This document shows, one piece after another, positions 9,511-18,507 of a stretch of 64,000 nt of DNA; positions within the stretch are counted from its first letter, which is position 1, and every line of letters starts with the position of its first letter. Where the stretch lies: contig JAQTMH010000004.1 of assembly GCA_028714495.1 (NCBI GenBank), forward strand, positions 128,232 to 192,231. Reading direction: 5' to 3'. Under the pieces are notes generated by a model. That model saw only the letters and a program-made list of their open reading frames with translations. It was not told the DNA's origin and did not search any database. This DNA is from Patescibacteria group bacterium (lineage in GTDB: Bacteria; Patescibacteriota; Patescibacteriia; JAHIZJ01). The position numbers and the translations under genes are program-made.

Positions 9511-10410
9511 ATGACCATGAAAATGAAGAAAATATGCTATTCTGTCGCTCTAGGGTTGTTAATGGTCGGGATTTTTGTTTTGCCCCAGGTGGTTTTAGCT
9601 GCCAGCGTATGCAAAACCGGCCAGATTCTTCCTGAGTGTGTGTGCGACGGAAACTGCAATCTCGACGATTTTGTAGTGATGTTTGTGAATCTGATAACGT
9701 TCTTCCTCGGGATCGTGGCCATCATCGCTCTGTACTATTTCGTCAATGGCGCCTTCATGCTGGTTATCTCAAGCGGGAGCCCAGAGAAGATCGCCAGCGG
9801 CAAGAGCACCCTGGTCAATGCCCTGGTGGGACTTTTTGTCGTACTATCGGCCTGGGTGATGATCAATACTTTGTTTATGCTGTTTACCGGGAGCGATACG
9901 GTCTTCGGAGAAAAATGGTGGAAATTCAAAACTGCTCCGGCAACTGAAGAGCAAAGAGAAGAGCCAGCCGGCGGAGGCGGTACGGCAAGTTGCGAAAATT
10001 TGGAAGCCACGGCTGCGAGCTACAATGTCCCTTATCCAGCTCAAAATGCCGCGCCGCTTGACGCATTGATAAATTGCATCAAAGAAAACGTCCAGCCCGG
10101 AATGATAGATGAAAATCAGATATATACCATTGATCGCGATCACCCAAGCTGCAATTACACGCGCGGCGATCCGAAATGCGAAACCAGCGGCGTTTGTTCT
10201 CATTCGCATAATTCCTGCCATTACGGAGGCTTCAGCGGAATTGACGGAGCGATGGGCGTTGATTTTAACGCAGCGGCTGGATATTCGGAACAAGAGTTAA
10301 ACCAAGCTATTCTAATTGCCGCGAATGGACCATGTGAAAGTTATTTTAGTTCTCAAATATTTGAAACAGACCACACGCATTTGAACGCACCCGGCTGCGG
10401 TGGTAACTAA
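9511..10410 (+). CDS. Cys-rich secreted membrane protein with TrbC/VirB2-like two-helix pilin-like core (paralog of 32554..33693)
   Basis: Signal peptide, Cys motif CKTGQILPECVCDGNC, two hydrophobic helices separated by SGSPEKIASGKS, then Cys-rich C-terminal domain. Same layout as the 32554 gene. Confidence 0.4.
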   Translation: MTMKMKKICYSVALGLLMVGIFVLPQVVLAASVCKTGQILPECVCDGNCNLDDFVVMFVNLITFFLGIVAIIALYYFVNGAFMLVISSGSPEKIASGKSTLVNALVGLFVVLSAWVMINTLFMLFTGSDTVFGEKWWKFKTAPATEEQREEPAGGGGTASCENLEATAASYNVPYPAQNAAPLDALINCIKENVQPGMIDENQIYTIDRDHPSCNYTRGDPKCETSGVCSHSHNSCHYGGFSGIDGAMGVDFNAAAGYSEQELNQAILIAANGPCESYFSSQIFETDHTHLNAPGCGGN

Positions 10411-10514
10411 ATTTCATTTTATACCGTCTATGTTTAAAGGAAGGCGGTCCTTTGTTTTACCTAAAGAAAACAGAAATGGTATAATAATAAGGCTTTTATT
10501 ACTAAGCCAATCCA

Positions 10515-13500
10515 ATGTCAAAACGACAATTTTTCAATGCCAAACCGGGTAAAAACAACCAAGCGAAAAAGTCAAAACAGAGCCAAGTTTCCCGGACTAA
10601 CGCTTTTCATCAAAAGGGTTTTGCCCTGATCGGGAAGCAGTTATTGCCAATTATCGTGGTAGTTATAGTGGCGGTGTTAGCCGCGGCAGTAATTTTATAC
10701 CGGCAGTCAACCGAAACAAGTATAACGTCGGTCAGTCGTCCGGCTCTGACCGGCCAATTCGGCCTAAAGGCGGTTAAGACGGACGCGGCGGGTTTGGACC
10801 CGGCAACTTCTTTTATTTTAAGCTCAAGCAAACCGCTGGCCAACGGCGTCATTGAGGAAATTGTGAAGTTTACGCCCGAAGTGAAATTCAAAGTCAAAAA
10901 GCTGAAGGAAGAATCAAGCCGCGGCAATTTTTTCAAAAGGGTTTTCGCCCAGGACAATTCAAACAGCCCAAGTGAAGCCGCTTCTGCCTACGAATTGAAG
11001 CCGGAAGAATCGCTGAATAGTGACACCAACTATAAAGTCAGCATTTCAGACACCAAATACGCGGACCGGCAGTATGATTGGGCTTTTCCGGTCAAGGCAA
11101 AATTTCAAGTGCTCGAGTCGCACCCGCGGGATCATGGCGCGTCGGTGCCGACTAATTCAACCATCGAGTTCAAAATGAACCGGGAAAAATTTATCGAGCC
11201 GGAAAAGTATTTCACTATCTCCCCGGAGGCCGCCGTAACAACGGAACAGCGGGGCACCACCTTGATTTATAAAACCCAGGGCCTGGCAGAAAAAACGCTT
11301 TATACCGCGGTTCTGAAAAAGGGTTTGAAGGTTGAAGGGTGCGACGACGTCTTGGAGCAAGACTTCACTTTTACTTCTGAAACTGGGGAAGAAAATTATC
11401 AAAGCGGCCAGCCGTATTTTTATTTAAATGGAGATTTCTTGGAATTTCTGCCAGACAAACAGCCGTATTTTGAGGTGAGCTATTACAATTATGAACCGAG
11501 TAATTTAACGGCCAATCTATACAAATTCGACAAGCCGGAGGAATTCCTAAGCTCATATCAAGATAGCCGCGACTGGGATTACCGCTGGACCAGTTATTTC
11601 TGGAACGAACGGGGTAGCCAATATGAACCAGATCCCGAGCAGCTAATCCTTACCTTTCCGATCAATGTTATCCAAGTTGATTACAAGAAGTTTTTCGAAG
11701 TGCCCCAATCTCTCCAGGCCGGCTACTATTTCCTCGATTTTGAGGCGGCGGGAAAACGACATCAGGCCTGGATGCAAATCACGCCAGTCGCGCATTATTA
11801 CTCTGTTACCTCAAAAAACAGCCTGATTTGGCTATATGATTTTCCGACCCGTCAAGCGCTTCAGAATAATGAAGTCAGCTTTGTCGATCAGGCAAGCGGT
11901 GAAATAAAACTGGGCGATACTGACAGCAACGGTTTGCTCGAATTTGCTACGCCCGAGGCGCTGACTAAGGATGTTTACGATTCGCCGACTCCGAAATTCT
12001 ATAAAGTGCCGGTTGGCAGTCAGCCGGTTTATGTCAGGATCAGCGATGGCGGCAACTACCGGTCAGAAGCGCCGGCTGGCGATGCCTACTGGGATTATCT
12101 ATCGCTGGAACGGATGGTTTACAAAATGAGCGATACCATGCGGTTCTGGGGGGTGGTCAAAGGCCGGCAGGAGGATTTGCGGGAAAAGAAGGTAACCATT
12201 GCCGTGACCAATAGCTACTATTATTATTTCGAAGGCTGGTACGGGGGTTTCAATCCAGGCGATTTGCCGACGGCCTTGATTACCCAGGAAGCGGTGATCT
12301 CTCCCTTTGACACGATTCAAGGCGAGATGTCTTTTACCGGTTTGACACCCGGCATGTACAATTTGGAGGTTAGATACGGTGATCAGGTTATTTCCACGGC
12401 AAGCTTTGAAGTAATGACCTATCTCAAACCGGCCTACCAGATTTCGGTGACGCCATCCAGACGATCGCTGTTCGCTGGTGAAGCAGTCGATTTCAATGTT
12501 GAAGCGAAGTTCTTTGACGGAACGCCTGTACCCAACCAGACGCTCAAGTATTCAGGCTGGTGGAACAGCCAGGTTGAAGGAGAAATTACTTTAGACAGCG
12601 ATGGCCGAGGCGTTTTCAGCTACACCCCCGAATATATCAATGATACTTATTACATGAGCTATCCCAGGAGCTTGGAATTTACCTTCCGGCCAAATCTGGC
12701 AGAGGAAGGCGACATCTACGGCACTGGCAGCGTAATGGTGTTCGGGCCGAAATACTACCTGGAGTCGAAAACCGCCAGCCTGGAGAACCATCAGTACCAA
12801 CTGACGGCTAAACTGAATAAAATTGTTTTAAGCGATAAAGTTTCCAGCAATTACGGAGAGTATTCCGCTTCAGAATATATCGGCGACCCGGTTCCGAATT
12901 ACGCGCTGAAGGCCAAGGTGATAAAAACGACCACTGAAAAAAGAGAAGTTGGCGAATACTATGATCCAATCAATCGCGTGACCCAAAAAACATACGATTA
13001 TACGCCTAAGGAAGAAACAGTCGAGGAAGTTGAAGGCAAAACCGACGCTGACGGCGAGTGGGAAATCATTAGAACGTTTGTTCCCGAAGCGGGTGTCTAT
13101 TATCGGGTGGTCTTCTCGGGGAGCGATGAGGGCGGCCGCGGTTTTGAAGATACTGAATATATTTACAGCGGTTATAGCGTGCCGTCCGGCAAGCAATTCG
13201 CCATCAGTCTTGAGCTGAATAGTACCTCGGCTGAAAACTCTTACTCGATCGGGGATCCGGTAAAAGCCGAAGTGAAGATAACCCAGGGTGAATTGCCAGC
13301 CAACGCCCAAACACTCTTTTATCGCTATCAAAATAAAATAGACCGAACCGCGGTAAAATTAGAATTGATCCTGGAAGAGAAGTTTGAAGAATCGTTCGCT
13401 CCTTCGGTTCAATACCGGGCGGTAATTCTGGGGCCAACGGGTTTTGAGGAAACCCAGGATGTCACCGCGTCTTACCGAGAGTCTGACAAAGCCTTGACGA

Positions 13501-16049
13501 TTGAAGTGAATCCGGATAAAAGCGGCTACCGTCCTGGCGAAAAAGTGACTCTCAGTGTCGTGGTTAAGGATAAAGACAGCCAGCCAGTTTCAGCTCAGGT
13601 GAATTTAGCCGCGGTTGACGAAGCGCTTTTCCATATTGTGCCCTATACCTGGCAGCCCAAGATTCTCGAAACGCTTTACCGGAATATTTATCTCTGGCCA
13701 ATTTCAGCCGGCTCTGACTACGCTTTAATGGAGGGAGGGGCCGAGCGCGGCGGTTGTTTCGGCGCTGGCACAAAGGTATTGTTGGCTGACGGCCAATCAA
13801 AACCGATTGAGGCAATCACGGTTGGTGATCGGATTATGGCTGGGGCAGGAGATAGCTTCGGCGCCCTTAAACCCGCGGTGGTTCAAGGTGTCTCAAGTCA
13901 TTTTGTTAATGAATATATGGTTGTAAATGGTTCACTGGTGGTAACTCCGGAGCATCCTTTATACGTCAATGGAAAATGGCAGCCGGCTGGGAATCTAAAA
14001 CTGGGCGATAGCCTATTAACCAAGGATGGAACAAGCCAATTAATTACTTCAGTTGAAACTATCAAGGACAAAGCTATCCTAGTATATAATCTGGTTGTCG
14101 GCACCTACCACACCTATTTTGCTGACGGCATTTTGGCTCATAATGCTGAAAAAGGCGGGGGCTTGAGATCAAAATTCGCGGACGTGGCGCTCTACCAGAC
14201 GGTTCAAACAGATCAAACGGGCCAGGGCTCGGCCACTTTTACGGCTCCAGACAATATCACTTCTTGGAAAGTAACAGCCTTAGCCTATGCTCCAGAAAAA
14301 ATGATGGCTGGCCAGACCGCCAAACTGGTACCGGTTTCATTGCCAATCTTCGCGGACAGCACTCTCAATTCCGTTTATCGCAAAGATGACGAGCCGACTG
14401 TTCGCGTTCGGGCTTTTGGCAACGAATACCAGACCGGGCAGCCGACCGAGTTTACTTTAAAGAGCGTCTCGCTTGGCTTAGATCTGAAGGAGACCTCGAG
14501 TGAACGTCAGGTAAAATTCCAGCTTAACGCTTTGCCAGCCGGTGACCATGATCTGACCCTGGGCGTCAAACAGGGAGATAAGCAGGATTCACTGAAGCGA
14601 ACGGTTAAGGTCATCGAGAATCATTTTCAGATGGCTCAAGCCAAGGAATACGCGGTTTCAGAAGGACTTAAGGATATCGAAGGCAACGCCAGCGCTTTCA
14701 CCCACTTGGTTTTTTCTGAAGCGGGACTAGGCAAGTATTTCTCGCCGTTGATATCGCTGACTTATCAAGGAGGCACGCGTTCTGACCAAACCGCTTCCGC
14801 GTATTTGGCTGACCGGCTCCTGGCTAAATATTTCAAATATCCTGAGCCGGAAGATCAGCTGGATTTGAGCAATTACATTGTGTCTAGCGGCGGTCTGGCG
14901 CTCTTTCCCTACAGCGATACTGATTTGGAGCTCTCGGCTAAGCTGGCTGATTTAGCGACTGATTATGTGTATAAGGAACAACTGGTAAGCTATTTCACGA
15001 GCTCTCTGAGCGATGAAAAAGCCGATCAGAGTCGTGTCAGCCAGGCGCTTTACGGTTTGGCCAGTTTGGGCGAGCCGGTTCTGGCTAAGATAAATACCAT
15101 CCTGCAATCAAAGGATTTAACGCTTGAAAACCGGACATACTTAGCTTTGGGCTTGATTCGATTAGGCGATAAAGAAAACGCCCGGCTGGTTTATCAGGAG
15201 AAAATTAAAACAGCCCTTCGGTTTGAGGGCGGCGAAGCCTGGCTAGACGGGGAATCTGACATCACCCGTCGGGTCAAGCTAACCGGGCTGGTCGGGGTAT
15301 TAACAGCCGAATTGAATATTACCGAGGACGCCAAGGCGGTTTGGGGCTATATTTCAGGTCATTATCCCGAGAGCGACCTCGATGTTCTGGAGAGGACCTT
15401 AATGCTCCGAGCGCTCCTGGCCAATGCCAATCAGGCGCCAGTCAGCTTTAAACTCCAAACTGATAGCCGGACCGAGACCGTAAAACTTGAGAATGGCGAT
15501 GTCTATACGCTTGATCTATCAGCCGAGGAACTGGCCAGCATTAAATTCAGCGAGGTTAAAGGTGACACTACCTTGGTCAGCTGGTTTGAACGGAGTAAAA
15601 ACACGGACGAACTTCAGACAAACCCCGATCTTAAATTATCCCGCAGCTACCTGGTGGATAATCACTCGACCACGACCTTCTCAGAAGGCGATATTGTGTT
15701 AGTCCGCCTAGACCCTAATATCGCCTCAAGCGCCATTGACGGCACCTACCAAGTGGTTGATTATTTGCCCAGCGGACTGAGGCCGATTACCCAGCTCTAC
15801 AACCGCAATTTGACTACCGAGGAGGTCTGCAACCCGCTTTGGTATCCGACGAAGATAGTTGATCAGGCAGCCTACTTTACGATTTACAAAGACTTTGATA
15901 AAACCGACAAATGCACCAACCGGACCATCAATTATTACGCCCGGGTAGTCAGTCCTGGCAGCTACTCGGCTGAATCAGCGGTTATCCAATCGCTTAAGAA
16001 TTTGAATAGCCTAAACCTCTCTGAAGTCCAAACCGTCGAAATCAAATAG
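10515..16049 (+). CDS. alpha-2-macroglobulin-family giant protein (N-terminal TM anchor, MG-domain array, A2M receptor-binding-like C-terminus) with an inserted Hint domain; no CxEQ thioester motif
   Basis: LRSKFADVALYQTVQTDQTGQGSATFTAPDNITSWKVTALAY matches the A2M MG7-like/'A2M_N_2' signature (RxxFxEtwlW…tdxxG…PDsiTtWr). C-terminal …YQVVDYLPSGLRPI… resembles an A2M receptor-binding domain. Only 5 Cys, none in a CxEQ context. Confidence 0.7.
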   Translation: MSKRQFFNAKPGKNNQAKKSKQSQVSRTNAFHQKGFALIGKQLLPIIVVVIVAVLAAAVILYRQSTETSITSVSRPALTGQFGLKAVKTDAAGLDPATSFILSSSKPLANGVIEEIVKFTPEVKFKVKKLKEESSRGNFFKRVFAQDNSNSPSEAASAYELKPEESLNSDTNYKVSISDTKYADRQYDWAFPVKAKFQVLESHPRDHGASVPTNSTIEFKMNREKFIEPEKYFTISPEAAVTTEQRGTTLIYKTQGLAEKTLYTAVLKKGLKVEGCDDVLEQDFTFTSETGEENYQSGQPYFYLNGDFLEFLPDKQPYFEVSYYNYEPSNLTANLYKFDKPEEFLSSYQDSRDWDYRWTSYFWNERGSQYEPDPEQLILTFPINVIQVDYKKFFEVPQSLQAGYYFLDFEAAGKRHQAWMQITPVAHYYSVTSKNSLIWLYDFPTRQALQNNEVSFVDQASGEIKLGDTDSNGLLEFATPEALTKDVYDSPTPKFYKVPVGSQPVYVRISDGGNYRSEAPAGDAYWDYLSLERMVYKMSDTMRFWGVVKGRQEDLREKKVTIAVTNSYYYYFEGWYGGFNPGDLPTALITQEAVISPFDTIQGEMSFTGLTPGMYNLEVRYGDQVISTASFEVMTYLKPAYQISVTPSRRSLFAGEAVDFNVEAKFFDGTPVPNQTLKYSGWWNSQVEGEITLDSDGRGVFSYTPEYINDTYYMSYPRSLEFTFRPNLAEEGDIYGTGSVMVFGPKYYLESKTASLENHQYQLTAKLNKIVLSDKVSSNYGEYSASEYIGDPVPNYALKAKVIKTTTEKREVGEYYDPINRVTQKTYDYTPKEETVEEVEGKTDADGEWEIIRTFVPEAGVYYRVVFSGSDEGGRGFEDTEYIYSGYSVPSGKQFAISLELNSTSAENSYSIGDPVKAEVKITQGELPANAQTLFYRYQNKIDRTAVKLELILEEKFEESFAPSVQYRAVILGPTGFEETQDVTASYRESDKALTIEVNPDKSGYRPGEKVTLSVVVKDKDSQPVSAQVNLAAVDEALFHIVPYTWQPKILETLYRNIYLWPISAGSDYALMEGGAERGGCFGAGTKVLLADGQSKPIEAITVGDRIMAGAGDSFGALKPAVVQGVSSHFVNEYMVVNGSLVVTPEHPLYVNGKWQPAGNLKLGDSLLTKDGTSQLITSVETIKDKAILVYNLVVGTYHTYFADGILAHNAEKGGGLRSKFADVALYQTVQTDQTGQGSATFTAPDNITSWKVTALAYAPEKMMAGQTAKLVPVSLPIFADSTLNSVYRKDDEPTVRVRAFGNEYQTGQPTEFTLKSVSLGLDLKETSSERQVKFQLNALPAGDHDLTLGVKQGDKQDSLKRTVKVIENHFQMAQAKEYAVSEGLKDIEGNASAFTHLVFSEAGLGKYFSPLISLTYQGGTRSDQTASAYLADRLLAKYFKYPEPEDQLDLSNYIVSSGGLALFPYSDTDLELSAKLADLATDYVYKEQLVSYFTSSLSDEKADQSRVSQALYGLASLGEPVLAKINTILQSKDLTLENRTYLALGLIRLGDKENARLVYQEKIKTALRFEGGEAWLDGESDITRRVKLTGLVGVLTAELNITEDAKAVWGYISGHYPESDLDVLERTLMLRALLANANQAPVSFKLQTDSRTETVKLENGDVYTLDLSAEELASIKFSEVKGDTTLVSWFERSKNTDELQTNPDLKLSRSYLVDNHSTTTFSEGDIVLVRLDPNIASSAIDGTYQVVDYLPSGLRPITQLYNRNLTTEEVCNPLWYPTKIVDQAAYFTIYKDFDKTDKCTNRTINYYARVVSPGSYSAESAVIQSLKNLNSLNLSEVQTVEIK
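13755..14144 (+). other. Hint (mini-intein / bacterial intein-like, A-type) domain embedded in the A2M-like protein
   Basis: Block A CFGAGTKVLLADG, block B VTPEHPLY, block G ILAHN. +1 residue is Ala. Gly-rich flanks GGAERGG / AEKGGG. 130 aa, no endonuclease domain. Confidence 0.7.
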
Positions 16050-16065
16050 GAATATACTGCCGATA

Positions 16066-16980
16066 TTGTTCACCGGGCCTCTGGCCATCGCGTTGGCAGG
16101 GGTCTGGTTGGCATTGATAGCGCAGAATTTAGGCAAAGCCAATAACCAAGCGTCGGGATCGCAGGTAAAAGGTGAGAGACTGGTAGCCCTGGCCTCGGGT
16201 TTTTCGGATATAGCCCAGCCGCTGGAACGGCTCATGGCTTCGACAAAACCGGCTGTGTACCAGAACGGTACACAGCAAGCCGCGGCCATGGTACAAATTG
16301 GCATCACCTCCCATCATTTACCGACGGCCGCGCCGTTAATTGCCAGTTTTTACGCCACGCTTCAAAGCCGGTCCGGACCGCGCCAGGTTTTTGTGATCGT
16401 GGGACCGGATCACCTCGAACGCTGCAATCAGTATGCCTCAACCACGCAATTGCCATATCAAACGCCTTTCGGTTTATTGCCAGTCGATCAGGCAATTACT
16501 GAAGATTTGATCAAGGCCGGAGTTAATATTGACAATAATTGTTTTGAGGGCGAGCACGCGATTGGAACCCAGGCGATTTTTATCAAGCGTGAGTTTCCCG
16601 AAGCTTTGATTGTTCCATTGCTTCTTTCTTCGGCTACAACCGATTCAATTATCGAAAAAATCGTCGGTGTTCTGAAAAATTATTCTGAAGAGATAACAGT
16701 TATCGGCAGCATTGATTTTTCACACGCATTAAATTATGAGCAGGCCTTGAGAGTGGATAGCGAATCTGACAAAATGATCGCCGGATTAGAATCTCTCGGT
16801 TTGACGCTTTTCCACACAGACTCGCCGCCCACTGTCAGTTTACTGGTTGGTTTAGCCAAGGTTCTCGGCTCGGCTAAGGCGGATATATTCCAGCGGGCAA
16901 ATTCGTTTGACTTCAACGGCCAAAAAGAAAATACTACCGGCTACCGGAATATTTTCTTTGAGGGGGAAAGCCAACCATAG
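16066..16980 (+). CDS. MEMO1-family (AmmeMemoRadiSam system protein B-like) protein with N-terminal hydrophobic segment
   Basis: …VIVGPDH…SIDFSHAL… resembles Memo-family His/Asp motifs. TTG start, exact 5' end uncertain. Confidence 0.45.
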   Translation: MFTGPLAIALAGVWLALIAQNLGKANNQASGSQVKGERLVALASGFSDIAQPLERLMASTKPAVYQNGTQQAAAMVQIGITSHHLPTAAPLIASFYATLQSRSGPRQVFVIVGPDHLERCNQYASTTQLPYQTPFGLLPVDQAITEDLIKAGVNIDNNCFEGEHAIGTQAIFIKREFPEALIVPLLLSSATTDSIIEKIVGVLKNYSEEITVIGSIDFSHALNYEQALRVDSESDKMIAGLESLGLTLFHTDSPPTVSLLVGLAKVLGSAKADIFQRANSFDFNGQKENTTGYRNIFFEGESQP

Positions 16981-17017
16981 ACAAAAAAGAACGCGCCGCC
17001 CAAAAGACAATAAGTAC

Positions 17018-17110
17018 CAATGTCATCCCGCACTTGATGCGGGATCCCATTAATCTTGCCGCATCGGGATCCTGAAACGCCCCCGACTTGATCGGGGGTC
17101 AGGATGACAA
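17018..17110 (+). repeat. tandem GC hairpins with identical ACTTGAT loops nested in an outer GTCATCC/GGATGAC stem
   Basis: CCCGCA-CTTGA-TGCGGG and CCCCCGA-CTTGA-TCGGGGG, enclosed by gtcatcc…ggatgac. Confidence 0.5.
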
Positions 17111-17330
17111 GAAAAGGGGGCGGCGTTCGCTAATCTGGGTTGACAAATTAGCCACCCAAGTGTATTATTGGGTGTTTTGAACGTTCGTTATAAAAACTGG
17201 CTGTTGTAGCCGAAAATTGCCAATTGACTGGTGGTTTCCACTATGACTGCCGCAAACGTACGCAGTCCTCTGGAAGGGTCTCTTTCGGACGAGTCCCTCG
17301 GAAACATGCCCGACCAGAAAGGAGCTGACG

Positions 17331-17978
17331 ATGTCAAAACTGTTGTCGATTAGCCCGATGGTACAACTGGGTGATGCTCTCGAGGCCGCTGGTTATACCG
17401 TCGATGATGTGGCTCGACTGCGAGACCCATCGTTGCTGGAGAAACTCAGGACCCATCTCAGGGGTGAGGCGGAGATGGTATTCACCAGACCGCCCATCAT
17501 CAAACTCGATGAGCATCCCGGCTTCAAGGGAGGGAAACAGTTCCCGCAAGGCGACGCTGAAGTCGTTGTCGAACAGCCTGTCATCGATCTCAATGCCAAG
17601 CCCTTTGTGCCCCATAGCTTGACTATCGCGAGCCACATCAAAGGCGGCGAGTTCGAGTGGGATCCGGATAAAGTCATCCTCCATTTCTCTCCGCGTCAGA
17701 GGAGTGAGGAGCTCATCGAGGGAGAGGAGCTCCGGCAGGAACTTGAGGGGTTGCCAGTGTTCAACGCGACCCTCCTGGACTACCTGCTGGCACATCCACA
17801 CCTGATTCCCCGAAAATGGAGGGGCCTGACAATATTCTTCTGGGGAACGATCTATAGCCGTTTTGACGGTAGTCCGTGCGTCAGAGGTCTCCACTATCAC
17901 CAAGGGCAGTGGAAAGAGTGCCATATAGGTCTTACGTCCAGATGGGATGAATACTGCCCTGCTGCGATGGCCGCATAG
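17331..17978 (+). CDS. hypothetical protein in a GC-rich islet
   Basis: Strong SD aaaggag 7 nt upstream of ATG. Region visibly more GC-rich than its flanks. The fully overlapping minus-strand ORF was judged less likely. Confidence 0.4.
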   Translation: MSKLLSISPMVQLGDALEAAGYTVDDVARLRDPSLLEKLRTHLRGEAEMVFTRPPIIKLDEHPGFKGGKQFPQGDAEVVVEQPVIDLNAKPFVPHSLTIASHIKGGEFEWDPDKVILHFSPRQRSEELIEGEELRQELEGLPVFNATLLDYLLAHPHLIPRKWRGLTIFFWGTIYSRFDGSPCVRGLHYHQGQWKECHIGLTSRWDEYCPAAMAA

Positions 17979-18091
17979 GCCTTTGACCTGGGGCCAAATG
18001 GCGGAGTCTCGCTTTCGGCGCGATTGCGCGCGAGGTGTAAGACTGGGTTGATCCTGGCTCGACCCTCGCTGTGATCTTTGTCCTTTGATCA

Positions 18092-18144
18092 GACCCGCTT
18101 CAAATTTCTGGTTTCGACTGGAAACGCGAAGCGGGTCTTTTTTA
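18092..18144 (+). terminator. rho-independent terminator
   Basis: GACCCGCTTC…GAAGCGGGTC 10-bp stem followed by TTTTTTAT. Confidence 0.7.
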
Positions 18145-18246
18145 TACCAAAAAAACCTTCTTAGTCTTAGGTTATCGTAATAACCGCATATTGAAGAATA
18201 GACAAGAACAAAAAAATATGGTAGAATAAACTATATATTAAACACT

Positions 18247-18507
18247 ATGGCCAATTTTACTCAAAAAACAATCGAGCAGTTTTTTCAGGAATATAGCGTT
18301 CCCGAAGATAAGCGGGAAAAGGTTTTAATGAGCGTTACGCCCTTGGTTTATGATCGAAACCAGCATGTTATCAAGTGGGAGAAGGCCGGCGAAGAGGAAG
18401 AAAAGAAAAAAATCGAAATTTTGATAGTCGAGAAAGACAAGGCGATCAAGCAGAAAATTACTGACATCCTCGGGGGGAAGGAAGTGGAGATACCTTATGA
18501 TTTCTAA
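18247..18507 (+). CDS. small hypothetical protein
   Basis: 86-aa ORF ending 11 nt inside the gpmI start. Confidence 0.35.
   Translation: MANFTQKTIEQFFQEYSVPEDKREKVLMSVTPLVYDRNQHVIKWEKAGEEEEKKKIEILIVEKDKAIKQKITDILGGKEVEIPYDF

Noticed and set aside
12870-13331. 153-aa minus-strand ORF, and other internal antisense ORFs inside the A2M-like gene (12099..12320, 12591..12800, 13204..13437, 13564..13815)
   Set aside because: Embedded antisense within a long, coherent, domain-rich ORF.
13755-14144. True self-splicing intein in the A2M-like protein
   Set aside because: The residue after the terminal HN is Ala, not Cys/Ser/Thr, so canonical splicing is impossible. Classified as a Hint/BIL-type autoprocessing domain instead.
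10515-16049. Thioester (CxEQ) site in the A2M-like protein
   Set aside because: Only 5 Cys in 1844 aa. The one near EQ (GCDDVLEQ at about residue 275) has the wrong spacing and wrong location. The protein is probably a thioester-less A2M-like protein.
17334-17924. 196-aa minus-strand ORF fully overlapping the 17331..17978 gene
   Set aside because: GC-rich DNA keeps both strands open. The plus-strand ORF has a canonical SD (AAAGGAG-N7-ATG) and a downstream terminator on its strand, so the plus strand was preferred. This remains uncertain.
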